From the IMG/VR virus record IMGVR_UViG_3300044695_004869: a stretch of 64,000 bases of DNA; one strand, 5' to 3'. Positions within the stretch are counted from its first letter, which is position 1, and every line of letters begins with the position of its first letter. The DNA is from a virus (Duplodnaviria > Caudoviricetes). Positions 45,679 to 57,225 of this stretch are shown here, in pieces. The translations under genes were made by a program, and so were the position numbers. The notes beneath the pieces were generated by a model that had not been told where the DNA came from, did not search any database, and saw nothing but the letters and a program-made list of their open reading frames with translations.

Positions 45679-48600
45679 TATATGTCTGCAGTATCAATAT
45701 ATTTTTTTATGAATCTATTCATCGCCGTTTTTCCATTATTTAACCCAAAATAAAAATGACTTGGAGCTCCAACCAAATAAACATTACCATTTACTGTGAA
45801 TGAAGGCTCAGGTAATCCTGTATTTTGATTAAAATTTGTTATAAAACCTTGAGGTAATAACGGTAATGGATTACCAGGTTGTAATGCCGGTGTTGTAAAA
45901 TAAGGATCAACACTATAATCTAAATCTTGATACCCTTTTTTGAAGAATCCAACACCACCACTTTGGTTAGGGTTTGTATACCAATTATTAGATTCCGCAC
46001 CAAAAATAACATTAGATGGTTGTAATATCCATTTATAATGTGGTACCACTTGAGTTTTAGGGTGTCCATAAGCATCTTGTAATAAAGGCGATATGTTATA
46101 AATTTCAATTCCTGGCGTTAATTTTCTTCTATATGAATATTCAACATTTGATGATCTATAAAACACTCCGAATACTGGTCTACTTGTTGGTGGTGTTTGA
46201 CCATCATCACCAATAAAAATATCCACATTACCATAATTTTCATCAATAAATGGACTTATTTTAAATTCAGAGTTAATTGATAATGCCTGAGCAAAATCAC
46301 CATCAATTCTATCTCCACCTCTACTACTATTAAAAAATTGAGTTATACCTTTACCTTCCGAATTATTACCTCCGGTTGTAATAGGTATCATTCTTTGTCT
46401 AAAGCTTTCATTCAATATTCTTGATAAAAATCCAATTTGTATAATATCAGAATTATCATTATAACTAGTTGATCTATATTGATCACTCATATATCCCTTA
46501 AAATTAGGATTATTACAAATTTCACTTATATATGAATCTCTTGGTCCCATGTCTAATATTGTAGTTGGGAACATTATATTTTTATCGTTATATCCAGGTT
46601 TAAAATTAAGTGTTATCCAATTTGGTGATTGTGGTATTTCTTTACCAATAAATTCTTGTGAATTATCACTCCATGGTGAACTTCTATAATAAAAATTATT
46701 ACTTATATTATTGTATACAACAATATCTTTACAATATACATAATTAGGTGTTGATATATTGGTGAGATTATTTGCAGGATATATTGATCTCTTATTAAAT
46801 GATGGCATATATAACGTACCATTTATCCAATTGTTTTGGAAAGTTTGTGCGAATACTCCTCTACAAGTTGCAAATACTAAAGTAAACCTTGTTTTCCACT
46901 CCATAAACAATCTAGCATCATCACCAAACGCCTTTCTTATTAAATAATAATGTTTATCGTTATCACTATTATCTTTATTTAGTAAACAATAACAACCTTT
47001 AGTAACTCTATTTTCAGCAATAGAACATTGGTTAGCCGGTATAACTCCCACATTATTTCCACTACCTGAATAACATTCTAAGGAAATTAAACCTTCACAA
47101 GTTAATGTTTGTGTTAAACCTGTATTACCACTAAACTGATCTAAATTTTCCGCAATTTCATAAATACTTGCAAAACTATTTGTTTCTTGATTTATTACCC
47201 CATCTGTTTTATAATAACAAAATTTATTATTTTGATGTAAGGCATACGCAGTTCTATTACCAGGTGCAGTGTCAACACAAGTAGACGTTGGTAACCTATC
47301 ACTTCTCATAACAATTCTACCACTATTACTAAAGTTAACACCTAATAATGAAGTATACTTGAAATACGCCGGAGAATATAAACCATAAAACTGATTAGAC
47401 CCTATTGGGTATCCATACGTATCTTCATTTGGAACTGTTGTGTAAAAAACACCAGCTGTTGTAAATGAAGTATTAAATGAAGCCGCAATAAATGGTCCAC
47501 CACCAATATAATCTGGTTGTAATCTTGGTAACGTAAAGTTTGTATTACCAAGTAAAGTCCATGGGTTTGAGGAAAGTAGTGATTTTTGTTGGAATGGTAT
47601 TCCCGCCACGGGTGTATATGGGTTTGTGTTGGCATTATACGGGGTTGTCGTCGTATCGTCTGTTGATAAATAATAATATGGTAATGTTGATGTAAATCCA
47701 GTGTAATTTGATGGAGTTATATTAAATGTAAATGATGGGAAATATAAATTGTTTACTGTGTTATTTGATGTATTATGACTTAATGGTGCGGATCCAACAG
47801 GTTTAATTGGTTGGTTAAGATAATAATCACCAATAACCGTTAATCCCGGAACGTTCCATGTTGTATTACCAAAAATACGAGAAAGATCGTAACTTATATT
47901 TTGTTTTTCTGTATGTGGATCCACACCTCTAACAAACATTATTACCTCATAATTTAAATTATTGGCCAATGAATCGAGTGAATCGAAATTATTCACTTGG
48001 AGTTGTGGTATATTATTTACGTTATTATATGTGTTACCGTTAATAAATGTAGGTGGTGTAATTGGAAATGATATTGAATAAGATGCCGGAGTATTGGGTG
48101 ATACAGATGACGGACGAGATATTATATAACTTATTTTGTGTCTTAAAAATCTTTCAGGAAATAACGTATTATTTGTAAAATTTGCCATTGTTATAAATTG
48201 TGACACAGTAACTCCCGTTATAACTTGGAAATATTCCATGTCTGTTGGGTATTTTAAATAATCCGATTTAGTTGTTGCCGTGACTGTATCACCAGTTTGT
48301 ATAATATTAATGAAGACATTGGATGCCGCACCATTAGTTGCTGCATACTGTAAAGGAACTGATATTGGTACGACGTTAGCAGTTGTATTTGGCGCCGCAG
48401 ATAAAACGGTTGTTCCTGTCACCGAATTATTACCAAAATCATTTAATGTTGCCCCCGTTAAATTTATATTTCTTTTTATAACTAACCCATTATCAAAATT
48501 AGGGTCTTGAAAAGTAACAATTTCCCCTATACCTAACTGTTGTGCTGTACCAGGATTAGCCAGAACAACAATAATTTGATCCGTAAATGTTGATTGGGTT

Positions 48601-51344
48601 CCTAAATTATATGGAGCCACACTTAATTGTGGATTTACGGTTGTCCTAATGACATTAGGTGAATTATTCCCAAAATATTTATCTCTTGTATTAAATTCAT
48701 TTAATTTTTGTGGATAAGTTTCAGTTCTAGGAAATCCAAACCACCTATAGTGAACACCAAGATCTTTTTCCGCAGCAAATAAAAATGGTTGAGGAGCATG
48801 ATACTTATTAAAAGCATTTGGATCAGTAGTAGATGAAAGTATGTCATATCCCGAAAATAATCTTCTAAAATCTAAAACCGCATCAACAACAACATCACCA
48901 CCTACCTGATCATCTACCACTCTATTTAGTAATGATTTATACTGTATACTTGGACCAAAAGATCCTGCCGCATAAAAATACCCTTTATCATTATCATCAC
49001 TATCTTCACCAGGGAAATTTTCTAAGTTAGGGTGATTAACATTATAAGCCGAAGATAAATTGACAGGTGCAATAAATGATGTTGATTGAGCGTACTGTAT
49101 ATTACTATCATCTAAACCGTTTTGTTGTTCTTCAATACTTGCGTTAACCGTATTTTCATCAATATCGTCATCTATTTCGGCGTTACCACAATCACAATCA
49201 CAACTTGTACATTCAGGATAAGATAACATAGGTAAACCTAATCTTGGAAAATTATTTATCTTAACTAAATAAATCGCGGTAAACGCAATGAAGGCCAATG
49301 ATAAAGCTAATTTAAATAATGCGGCTAAAAGTTGTGCGGCAACTCTTAATATTAACCCCGCATTAATAACAGGACCTCCCGGAATCGAAACTGCCGTGAA
49401 TTCTAAAAGTGAATTAATAACATCAATTCCTTGTTGTACCGCCTGATAACCAAGATAAATACCTAAAACTATTAATAGATATTTTAAAACCGGCCAAATC
49501 AAAGCAATAAAATGGGCAATCCATAATATTATTAATATTGGTATTGCCAAAATATTCATTAACAAATTAAATAAGAAAAATATAAAATCAAAGTTTCTAA
49601 TTATATCATTAACAGGAAATGTATTAACTGTAGATTTACAAGCTCTATCATCAATCTCTTTAATACCTAAGTGTTTTGCCCTACCAGCACCCTTTTTATA
49701 TCGATCCAAGAACATTGATGTTGTATAAATTTTATTATAATTAAATTCATAAAATTTATCTTCACAATTAATTGCTTCTTGTATCATTTGTTGTCCAACA
49801 ACAGTTGTGTTGTCACCATAATCATTCCAATCTAAACTAAAAGCGTATGACCTTAACGCATCAAATGTTGGTTGTTGATAAAAAGTATAGTTAAATTGAG
49901 TTAATGTTCCGGGGTTAGTAGGAACAACATTTATTGTAAAAGTTGTGGGAATTACGGTAATTGGAATACTTTCTAAATCACCAAAATAAGGGTTACCATT
50001 TAATAAAACCGTGAAACTTTGAACGTTAATTTTATTATCTAAAACTAACCCCCCTGTTGAGGTATTATTTAATGAAAAAGTTGATGTTAAAGTACCATTT
50101 GGTAATGTAAATTGATATTGTGTAGTAGGATAGTTTATTAATGGATCTATAGCTGAGGTTACCCATCCGTGTTCTTTTATATTTGGAACCAAAAAATGAC
50201 CTCTTAAAAATGAATTTTGTAAACCTTGTTCATTTTGCCATTTAAATTTAAATCTGTATTTACCTTTAGTTGGTATTCCTTTCTTTGGGTCGTTGGATAA
50301 AACCTGTTCACCAAATTCATTTGTAATAATATAATTTAAGTTCATTGGCACATTTATTAAAAATGCACCATCAGTATCAATGACTTTACCGTCCTCATCC
50401 AATTCATGTGTTTCAAGAATTGGTCTTCCATCTTGATCAATATCAATAGTTTGTCTAATTGTTAGTATTTGACCAGGACCCGCAATTAACTCACATAAAT
50501 TACCTGTATCATTTTTTGGTTTACAAGTTGTTGCTCTAACTGCATCATCATCAGTTGTTGAGATTAACGACCCCATAAAAACAGCGTTTGGTTTTATAGA
50601 AATATTTGCACTTGCAGTTAAATCAAAATCGGCTCTTGTAATACCTAATAAACATATCTCAGGTTCACCCCATAACGGAGCAACCTCAATAATTTTATTT
50701 AAAGTAACGATTTGAGGTAATTCACTAAGATTAGTTGATGTTTTAAATTTAGAACCATTAACTTGTGATTCAACCGCAACACCCGAATCAATTAAATCTT
50801 GTGGTGAAAGTGAAAAACAACCAATATCCGATAAATCAACATCCATTAATATTGTTTGAGTTCCGGTTGGAACACCAAATATCATATAGTCACCACTATC
50901 ATTTGTTCTTACGGAAAATCTATAATACTTGTCATAAACCTCAACATATGATTGATCAGTTAATATTTCTTCTTTAGACGGGAAAGTCCCTGTTGCTGCA
51001 TGACCTGTATATGATGGATCTTTAGGGAGTAAATTATATCTATACCCATCGGCACTAACATCAGATAATGTTTGATACGGATAAAGTTCAGAAATTATTG
51101 GATTATCTATGTCAATATCATCAATTGGAATAAAGACAGATACTCTAGCATTTGGTACACCGTATCCGTTATTAACCAATACTCTACCAATAATAACACC
51201 ATAATCAGAACACATTCTATTATAGATGTCCCCTTGATTAATCTTAAGTGATAATATCTCTAAGAATTCAAAATCCTGTTCTAATTGAATATTTATTGTC
51301 TTCTCAGTACCAGGTGTTGTACGTATTCTATATGATTTTGGCAT
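45678..51344 (-). CDS. Very large putative baseplate/tail protein with an internal hydrophobic segment
   Basis: 1888 aa adjacent to the gp6-like gene; GRVLVNNGYGVPNARVSV beta-sandwich-like N-terminal region; TATTTAT at 51361-51367. Confidence 0.75.
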   Translation of the reverse strand: MPKSYRIRTTPGTEKTINIQLEQDFEFLEILSLKINQGDIYNRMCSDYGVIIGRVLVNNGYGVPNARVSVFIPIDDIDIDNPIISELYPYQTLSDVSADGYRYNLLPKDPSYTGHAATGTFPSKEEILTDQSYVEVYDKYYRFSVRTNDSGDYMIFGVPTGTQTILMDVDLSDIGCFSLSPQDLIDSGVAVESQVNGSKFKTSTNLSELPQIVTLNKIIEVAPLWGEPEICLLGITRADFDLTASANISIKPNAVFMGSLISTTDDDAVRATTCKPKNDTGNLCELIAGPGQILTIRQTIDIDQDGRPILETHELDEDGKVIDTDGAFLINVPMNLNYIITNEFGEQVLSNDPKKGIPTKGKYRFKFKWQNEQGLQNSFLRGHFLVPNIKEHGWVTSAIDPLINYPTTQYQFTLPNGTLTSTFSLNNTSTGGLVLDNKINVQSFTVLLNGNPYFGDLESIPITVIPTTFTINVVPTNPGTLTQFNYTFYQQPTFDALRSYAFSLDWNDYGDNTTVVGQQMIQEAINCEDKFYEFNYNKIYTTSMFLDRYKKGAGRAKHLGIKEIDDRACKSTVNTFPVNDIIRNFDFIFFLFNLLMNILAIPILIILWIAHFIALIWPVLKYLLIVLGIYLGYQAVQQGIDVINSLLEFTAVSIPGGPVINAGLILRVAAQLLAALFKLALSLAFIAFTAIYLVKINNFPRLGLPMLSYPECTSCDCDCGNAEIDDDIDENTVNASIEEQQNGLDDSNIQYAQSTSFIAPVNLSSAYNVNHPNLENFPGEDSDDNDKGYFYAAGSFGPSIQYKSLLNRVVDDQVGGDVVVDAVLDFRRLFSGYDILSSTTDPNAFNKYHAPQPFLFAAEKDLGVHYRWFGFPRTETYPQKLNEFNTRDKYFGNNSPNVIRTTVNPQLSVAPYNLGTQSTFTDQIIVVLANPGTAQQLGIGEIVTFQDPNFDNGLVIKRNINLTGATLNDFGNNSVTGTTVLSAAPNTTANVVPISVPLQYAATNGAASNVFINIIQTGDTVTATTKSDYLKYPTDMEYFQVITGVTVSQFITMANFTNNTLFPERFLRHKISYIISRPSSVSPNTPASYSISFPITPPTFINGNTYNNVNNIPQLQVNNFDSLDSLANNLNYEVIMFVRGVDPHTEKQNISYDLSRIFGNTTWNVPGLTVIGDYYLNQPIKPVGSAPLSHNTSNNTVNNLYFPSFTFNITPSNYTGFTSTLPYYYLSTDDTTTTPYNANTNPYTPVAGIPFQQKSLLSSNPWTLLGNTNFTLPRLQPDYIGGGPFIAASFNTSFTTAGVFYTTVPNEDTYGYPIGSNQFYGLYSPAYFKYTSLLGVNFSNSGRIVMRSDRLPTSTCVDTAPGNRTAYALHQNNKFCYYKTDGVINQETNSFASIYEIAENLDQFSGNTGLTQTLTCEGLISLECYSGSGNNVGVIPANQCSIAENRVTKGCYCLLNKDNSDNDKHYYLIRKAFGDDARLFMEWKTRFTLVFATCRGVFAQTFQNNWINGTLYMPSFNKRSIYPANNLTNISTPNYVYCKDIVVYNNISNNFYYRSSPWSDNSQEFIGKEIPQSPNWITLNFKPGYNDKNIMFPTTILDMGPRDSYISEICNNPNFKGYMSDQYRSTSYNDNSDIIQIGFLSRILNESFRQRMIPITTGGNNSEGKGITQFFNSSRGGDRIDGDFAQALSINSEFKISPFIDENYGNVDIFIGDDGQTPPTSRPVFGVFYRSSNVEYSYRRKLTPGIEIYNISPLLQDAYGHPKTQVVPHYKWILQPSNVIFGAESNNWYTNPNQSGGVGFFKKGYQDLDYSVDPYFTTPALQPGNPLPLLPQGFITNFNQNTGLPEPSFTVNGNVYLVGAPSHFYFGLNNGKTAMNRFIKKYIDTADI

Positions 51345-51417
51345 TATTTATTCTTTCTTGATAAATAGTTTATTTCCTATTTTCAAAAAATAATTCTTTT
51401 ATTTGAAAAATAAATTA

Positions 51418-53256
51418 TCAAGAGAAATTAATCGTTCTGAAGTTAAGGACATTAACCGTAATATCCTTGTTTGGGAACCTAATTTGGTATATTTGGGTAG
51501 GTTCGGCAAAGACAGTATCCGCAACTAATTTTATCATTTTTGTAGACGGGTCTTCATATTGTTGAGAAGTTTGTGAAGATGAGTATTGTCCCCCAACCTT
51601 ATTATAGACAAAAATACCCGAAATAGATATTACCCCATTTTCACTTTGTATTAATCGTCTTATTTCAGATATATAAACATTTTGTCCTAACCCTCTAACC
51701 GCTGGGCTAAAATAAGCGGTAATAATATTAATAATCTTAGCAACAATAGACCCTTGATTTTGACTAGAATCTAAAACAACATCAACATCAATCGCTAAAT
51801 CAATAACATTTGCCGTCTCAACGGAGATATAGTCATTAATCATTCTATAATTAGATAAATAATTAGCAACATTATTCTTAAGTGTGTTAGAAACTACTTC
51901 AGTTAAATTACCACTAGTGTCGTAAGATAACATTTTAATTTTTATTTTATTATTTTCTTCAACAATAGAAACTTTACCGGGTGCACCAAATTGTGATGGC
52001 ATCGTTCTTAATGCCGATTCATAATCATTAATGGTTACCGCCCTATTTTGTGCGGCAAAATTGTAAGTTACATATTGTCTTACTTCTTCTGTTGTTGGGG
52101 GATTTGATCCACCTATAGCTGCAGTTACATTGTTTACTCTAAGTGAATTCACCACAGTTGAATTAATCGATTCTGACGGACCATTAACAAAAAATGATAC
52201 CGTACCTATTTGAGTGATGATGTTAACCCCCAAGTTTGTTGCTTGACCTCCACCGACTCTGTATTGTACGAATAAAGTAGAGTTTGATTTCAACGCACTA
52301 CCTAAAGCTAAATTATTAACATATTTGTTTAAGTCAAAACCAACACCATCTCTTGCAAATTCTCTTAATTGTTCTTCTGCCGATACATTTCCACCACCAA
52401 AGGTTAATTTACAAAATCCTTCAGGTGTAAACTCACTAATAAATTTAGTATTTGTTACAACATACTTTCCAACCTTTATACCCGGTTGATCGGATGGTTT
52501 AGTTGGATCCTCAATAAATACTCTATCTTCAGCCAAAGCTTGTACTTCATACCATCTATTCTCTAACCCCAAAAATTCTTGAGCCGAAGGTGGTGAAGTG
52601 TATTGTGTTCCATCCTTAAGTAAAACACTTGTAATACCTAAAACATTTTTTTCAGGTAAAAATAATTCAAAGAATGGTTTAACATCATTTGGGGTAATTA
52701 CTCTTTTGAAAACTTTTGTTATACCATTAACGATAACTTCTCTTTTGGTTATTGTATAATTAATGATATTATTATTTGAATCAAAATTTGGTACTTTCAA
52801 TCTATTTGGTGACCCCTCAGCATTCGTTGGAGATGCAAAATCAATATCGTATACTGTTTCAAATGGTTGTCCCGCACCATTTACTTGAGATCCTCGTCTT
52901 AAAATACCACAGTATCTTAAATCTTCTTTATCCCCAAAAGCAGGAACAGTAATAGAAAAATCAACTAAAGCAACAGATGGTCTTGATCCGGGAATCTTTA
53001 AACCATACGTTCTTGCAATATTATAAACTGATGATTTTTGTTGAGCGTATTGTAGAACAGTTTCTTGTATACTTCTATCAATCTGAAACTGTAAGTTATC
53101 AGTTACCGCAGCATTTAAATCTAATAAAACCGAGAATACCCCAGCATCATTAAAATTCTGAACAAGGTCAGGGTAATAAGTTCTTGTGAAATTAATAAGT
53201 TCAGTTCTTATTCCCGCAAAATCTCTCGTTGTGTACGATATTTTTTTATTCGCCAT
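51418..53256 (-). CDS. Baseplate wedge subunit (T4 gp6/BpJ-like)
   Basis: YTTRDFAGIRTELINF, YRVGGG..TN, AQNRAVTINDY motifs. Confidence 0.85.
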   Translation of the reverse strand: MANKKISYTTRDFAGIRTELINFTRTYYPDLVQNFNDAGVFSVLLDLNAAVTDNLQFQIDRSIQETVLQYAQQKSSVYNIARTYGLKIPGSRPSVALVDFSITVPAFGDKEDLRYCGILRRGSQVNGAGQPFETVYDIDFASPTNAEGSPNRLKVPNFDSNNNIINYTITKREVIVNGITKVFKRVITPNDVKPFFELFLPEKNVLGITSVLLKDGTQYTSPPSAQEFLGLENRWYEVQALAEDRVFIEDPTKPSDQPGIKVGKYVVTNTKFISEFTPEGFCKLTFGGGNVSAEEQLREFARDGVGFDLNKYVNNLALGSALKSNSTLFVQYRVGGGQATNLGVNIITQIGTVSFFVNGPSESINSTVVNSLRVNNVTAAIGGSNPPTTEEVRQYVTYNFAAQNRAVTINDYESALRTMPSQFGAPGKVSIVEENNKIKIKMLSYDTSGNLTEVVSNTLKNNVANYLSNYRMINDYISVETANVIDLAIDVDVVLDSSQNQGSIVAKIINIITAYFSPAVRGLGQNVYISEIRRLIQSENGVISISGIFVYNKVGGQYSSSQTSQQYEDPSTKMIKLVADTVFAEPTQIYQIRFPNKDITVNVLNFRTINFS

Positions 53257-53262
53257 ATACTA

Positions 53263-53721
53263 TTAAATATTGATAATTACAAAATCGCTTGAATTGAAAG
53301 CGTTATTAGTGTTTCTATAATCAATTCTTACTTTTGCCGTATGTTCTAATTGAGCAATGTTTGGAACTGTAAATTCTTTCTCACCATATTGGTTTATATA
53401 AGTTCCTTGATTTTCTTCCCCCATTGAAGCATCTGTGATCTTAATGTTAGTAATCAGGATACCTGGCATATATTTACCAACCGAATCCCTTATCTCACTT
53501 TCAATTTCACTAAATGTTGGTCCATCTAATGGTTCAAAAATATATTCATACAATCTTGACCCAAAATCAGGTAAAAAATACCTTGTTCCTTTTTTACTTA
53601 ATAATAAGTGTACAAGATTACTTCTTATTTCCTCATCACTATCGTTAGAAGTATCCAAATATCTACCAACGAATGAATCTCTAAACGGGAAAGTTAAACC
53701 ATATGTTATTCCATTTGCCAT
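53263..53721 (-). CDS. Baseplate gp25/GpW-like sheath initiator
   Basis: IRSNLVHLLLSKKGTRYFLPDFGSRLYEYIFEP; start at MANGITYG (53721); TATTTAT at 53727-53733. Confidence 0.88.
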   Translation of the reverse strand: MANGITYGLTFPFRDSFVGRYLDTSNDSDEEIRSNLVHLLLSKKGTRYFLPDFGSRLYEYIFEPLDGPTFSEIESEIRDSVGKYMPGILITNIKITDASMGEENQGTYINQYGEKEFTVPNIAQLEHTAKVRIDYRNTNNAFNSSDFVIINI

Positions 53722-53770
53722 ATTCAATAAATATACTCTCAATAATTTTTGAATAAATACATTAGAAAAT

Positions 53771-53795
53771 AAAAAATCCCGACTTAGCCGGGATT
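53771..53795 (-). terminator. Intrinsic terminator after nrdA
   Basis: AATCCCG/CGGGATT stem followed by a T-tract on the minus strand. Confidence 0.8.
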
Positions 53796-53817
53796 CTCTG
53801 ATGATACGCAATCCATC

Positions 53818-56250
53818 TTACGATGAACACCCAAAACACTCAAACTCTGAACTATCAGGTTTTGGTGGTAAGTTCATATTTGTATAATCAACTTTTGGTG
53901 GTTCTGGTGTAACTTTTGGTTTATCTCTTTTAGTCATATCCAACGCCAAGTGTTTCGCCCCTGTCGAAATTGCTTTAGTTCTAACATAATAACATAAAGT
54001 TTTCAATCCTTTTTCCCATGAATGGAAGTGTGATGAGGTAATTTTTGATAATGTTGGGTTTGACATATAGATATTCATTGATTGTGATTGATCAATAAAT
54101 GGTGCTCTGTCTGCCGCCATGTCAATAAGTTGTTTTTGCGAAATCTCCCAAATTGTTTTGTATTTAGGGATTAAATGTTCAATTCGTTTTACTTTCTTAT
54201 TGTAATTCTTATCCTCAGGATCTAAATAATTATTAAAATTGATGTTTTGAATAGAACCTTCATTCATGATGATTTCATTTTTTAAGTCCTCAGACCATAT
54301 TCCAATTTTCTCAAAGTCAGCGATTAGATATTTGTTTACAATCATAATCTCACCTCCAACCACACGTCTGTTGAATAACGCCGAGTGAGCCGGTTCAGTC
54401 ATTTCAAAAGATCCGGTAATTTTTGCGGAAGATGCTACAGGCATTTGTGCCGTAAATAATGAGTTACACACTCCATATTCACTAACATCATTCTTTAATT
54501 TATTCCAATCCCAATATCCTGATAAATCATTTTCAGTTAACCCCCACATATCGTATTGGAAAACTCCTTTTGACATTGGCGACCCTTTAAAGAATTTATA
54601 TGGTTTGTACTTACCTTTTTTACACAAATCATTACTTTCATAAATCGCCCCATAATAAATGGTCTCAAAAATTTGTTTATTTAAAGTTTTTGCTTCTTCT
54701 TCAGTAAAGATTAAATCAAGTAAATAAAACACATCTGCTAATCCTTGAGTACCAACTGCAATTGCTCTTTGTTCTAACCCACCTTTTAATCCTTTTTGTG
54801 TTGAGTAGTTATTAATATCAACAACTTTATTCAAAGTTCTAACAACTTTTCTAACCTCTTCAAATAACAATTGGAAATCAAATTTATTACTTTTAACGAA
54901 GTTTTTTAACACGATTGAAGATAGTGTACAGATCGCAGTTGTTTCTTCATCTGTGTATTGATAAATTTCATTACATAGATTTGATTGTTTGATTACCCCA
55001 ATGTTTTGATGATTTGTTTTTCTGTTAGCACTATCTTTAGAACATAAATATGGGACACCTGTTTCAACTTGAGATTCAATAATTTTAGTCCATATTGTTT
55101 GTGCTGAAACTTTTTTACCTAACCCTATTTGTACCGCAGTATCATATACCTGTTCGTATTCATCACCATAACATTCTTGTAATGGTTTTAAACCAGCCTT
55201 TTTAATGTCATTAGGACAGAACAAATACCAATCGGTATTTTCTTTAACCGCCCTCATAAAGTTATCAGGTAACCAAAGTGCCGTAAATAAATCACGAGCC
55301 CTTAATTCTTCCGCTCCGGTGTTCTTTTTAATGTCCAATAGATCCAATATATCTTTGTGCCAAGGTTCAAGATAAATTGCTGCCGATCCAGGTCTACGAC
55401 CTTGTTGATTAAAGAATCGTAATGACTCATTAACAATTTTAAGGTATTTTAACAAACCTCCCGCATATCCACCTGAACTTGAAATCCTACTTTCTTTACT
55501 TCTAATGTTTGACATTGATAAACCAATGCCAGCCGCGTCAGAAGAATACGTTGAAATGTCGTTCAAAGTATGTAATAAACCATTACGTGAATCTGAATTG
55601 TTGTAATGTAATACACATGATGCTAATTGAGGTACTTTTGTACCCGAATTAATCATGATTGGGGTTGCCTTAGATATAAGTTGATTTGATAGTGATTTGT
55701 AATACTCTACCGCCTCAACAAAAGTATCTGTAACCCACAATGCTATTCTCATATACATATGTTGTGGTCTTTCCACCGTAATACCATTAGGTCTCTTTAA
55801 AAGATACATTTCTTGTAGTGATCTCCAAGCAAAATAATCAAAATTATAATCATTATCGTGATTAATAACCGCATCAATTGTATCTTCACCATACTCTTTA
55901 ATGGTTTCAATTAATTTTTCATTAATGATACCATCACCATAAAGTAACATCATAGTTTCAGAAAAACTAGGATTTGTCTCTTTATGATATGATGAGATAG
56001 CAACTGAAGACGCCAATCTTGAGTAATCGTGGTGACTACCGGTATATGATGCGGCAATCTCATATACAAGTTTATCTAATTCTTTTGTTGTTATTTCACC
56101 TTCAGTAGGTACTGAAGTAATAACTTTAATAAAAATCTCATCTGAATTTACGTTCAGACCTTTTGCCGATCGTTTAACACGATTGTAAATTTTTTGTGGG
56201 TTAAATGATACATTATCCCCATCTCTTTTAAGTATTTTAAGTGACATCAT
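53818..56250 (-). CDS. nrdA: Ribonucleotide reductase class Ia alpha subunit
   Basis: N-terminal ATP cone, ATP..INSG, SNLCNEI, QMPVASS, YYVRT and C-terminal CxxC. Confidence 0.97.
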   Translation of the reverse strand: MMSLKILKRDGDNVSFNPQKIYNRVKRSAKGLNVNSDEIFIKVITSVPTEGEITTKELDKLVYEIAASYTGSHHDYSRLASSVAISSYHKETNPSFSETMMLLYGDGIINEKLIETIKEYGEDTIDAVINHDNDYNFDYFAWRSLQEMYLLKRPNGITVERPQHMYMRIALWVTDTFVEAVEYYKSLSNQLISKATPIMINSGTKVPQLASCVLHYNNSDSRNGLLHTLNDISTYSSDAAGIGLSMSNIRSKESRISSSGGYAGGLLKYLKIVNESLRFFNQQGRRPGSAAIYLEPWHKDILDLLDIKKNTGAEELRARDLFTALWLPDNFMRAVKENTDWYLFCPNDIKKAGLKPLQECYGDEYEQVYDTAVQIGLGKKVSAQTIWTKIIESQVETGVPYLCSKDSANRKTNHQNIGVIKQSNLCNEIYQYTDEETTAICTLSSIVLKNFVKSNKFDFQLLFEEVRKVVRTLNKVVDINNYSTQKGLKGGLEQRAIAVGTQGLADVFYLLDLIFTEEEAKTLNKQIFETIYYGAIYESNDLCKKGKYKPYKFFKGSPMSKGVFQYDMWGLTENDLSGYWDWNKLKNDVSEYGVCNSLFTAQMPVASSAKITGSFEMTEPAHSALFNRRVVGGEIMIVNKYLIADFEKIGIWSEDLKNEIIMNEGSIQNINFNNYLDPEDKNYNKKVKRIEHLIPKYKTIWEISQKQLIDMAADRAPFIDQSQSMNIYMSNPTLSKITSSHFHSWEKGLKTLCYYVRTKAISTGAKHLALDMTKRDKPKVTPEPPKVDYTNMNLPPKPDSSEFECFGCSS

Positions 56251-56261
56251 ATTTTTTTTAT

Positions 56262-57209
56262 TTAAAAATCTTCTTCAAATGTAATTGTTTCATTTAATTT
56301 CGCCTTTTGATATTCCATTGTTCTGGATTCAAAGAAATTACCTTTTGTTTCAACCGCAATTTGTTCCATGAACTTAAATGGTTGTTCAACATTAAATTCT
56401 TTACTACATCCAAACTTAAGAAGTAATCCGTCAACAACAAACTCTAAGTATTGTTTCATTAGGTTTGAATTCATTCCAATTAATGAAACAGGTAATGATT
56501 CTGTGATAAATTCTTTTTCAATCTCCAAAGCGGATAACAAAATTTCTTTAATTCTTTTTTCAGACGGTTTCTCATCACAATGATTATTCAATAAATGGAT
56601 AGCAAAATCACAATGTAAATTTTCATCTTTAAATATTAGTGAATTAGCGTTACATAATCCTTGCATAATCCCTCTTGATTTCATCCAAAAGATAGAACAA
56701 AATGACCCTGAAAAGAAGATCCCCTCAACCGCAGCAAACGCCACTAATCTTTCTTGAAATGATGAATTATCTATCCAATTTAATGCCCAAGTTGCTTTCT
56801 TCTTAACTGCCGGTAAGTTCTCAATAGCATTAAAACACTCATCTTTTTCTTTAGGATTACTAATGTAAGTATCAATCAATAATGAGTACATTAATGAGTG
56901 AATATTCTCCATTGCTAATTGGAATCCATAAAAGAATTTTGCTTCAGGATACTGAACCTCTCGGTAAAAGTTCTCCGCTAAATTCTCATTAACAATTCCA
57001 TCTGAAGCCGCAAAAAACGATAATACGTTCTTTACAAAGAATTTTTCATTATCCGTTAATTTTTCCCAGTCACGAATATCATTCGTTAAATCAACCTCCT
57101 CAGCCGTCCAAAAAGCCGCTTGATGCATTTTGTAATATTCCCAAATATCATTGTGTTCAATTGGGAAGATGACAAACCTATTAGGATTTTCAACTAATAT
57201 TTTTTCCAT
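56262..57209 (-). CDS. nrdB: Ribonucleotide reductase class Ia beta subunit
   Basis: [35 protein letters not shown] diiron motifs. Confidence 0.97.
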   Translation of the reverse strand: MEKILVENPNRFVIFPIEHNDIWEYYKMHQAAFWTAEEVDLTNDIRDWEKLTDNEKFFVKNVLSFFAASDGIVNENLAENFYREVQYPEAKFFYGFQLAMENIHSLMYSLLIDTYISNPKEKDECFNAIENLPAVKKKATWALNWIDNSSFQERLVAFAAVEGIFFSGSFCSIFWMKSRGIMQGLCNANSLIFKDENLHCDFAIHLLNNHCDEKPSEKRIKEILLSALEIEKEFITESLPVSLIGMNSNLMKQYLEFVVDGLLLKFGCSKEFNVEQPFKFMEQIAVETKGNFFESRTMEYQKAKLNETITFEEDF

Positions 57210-57225
57210 TTTCTTTAAATTTTTT

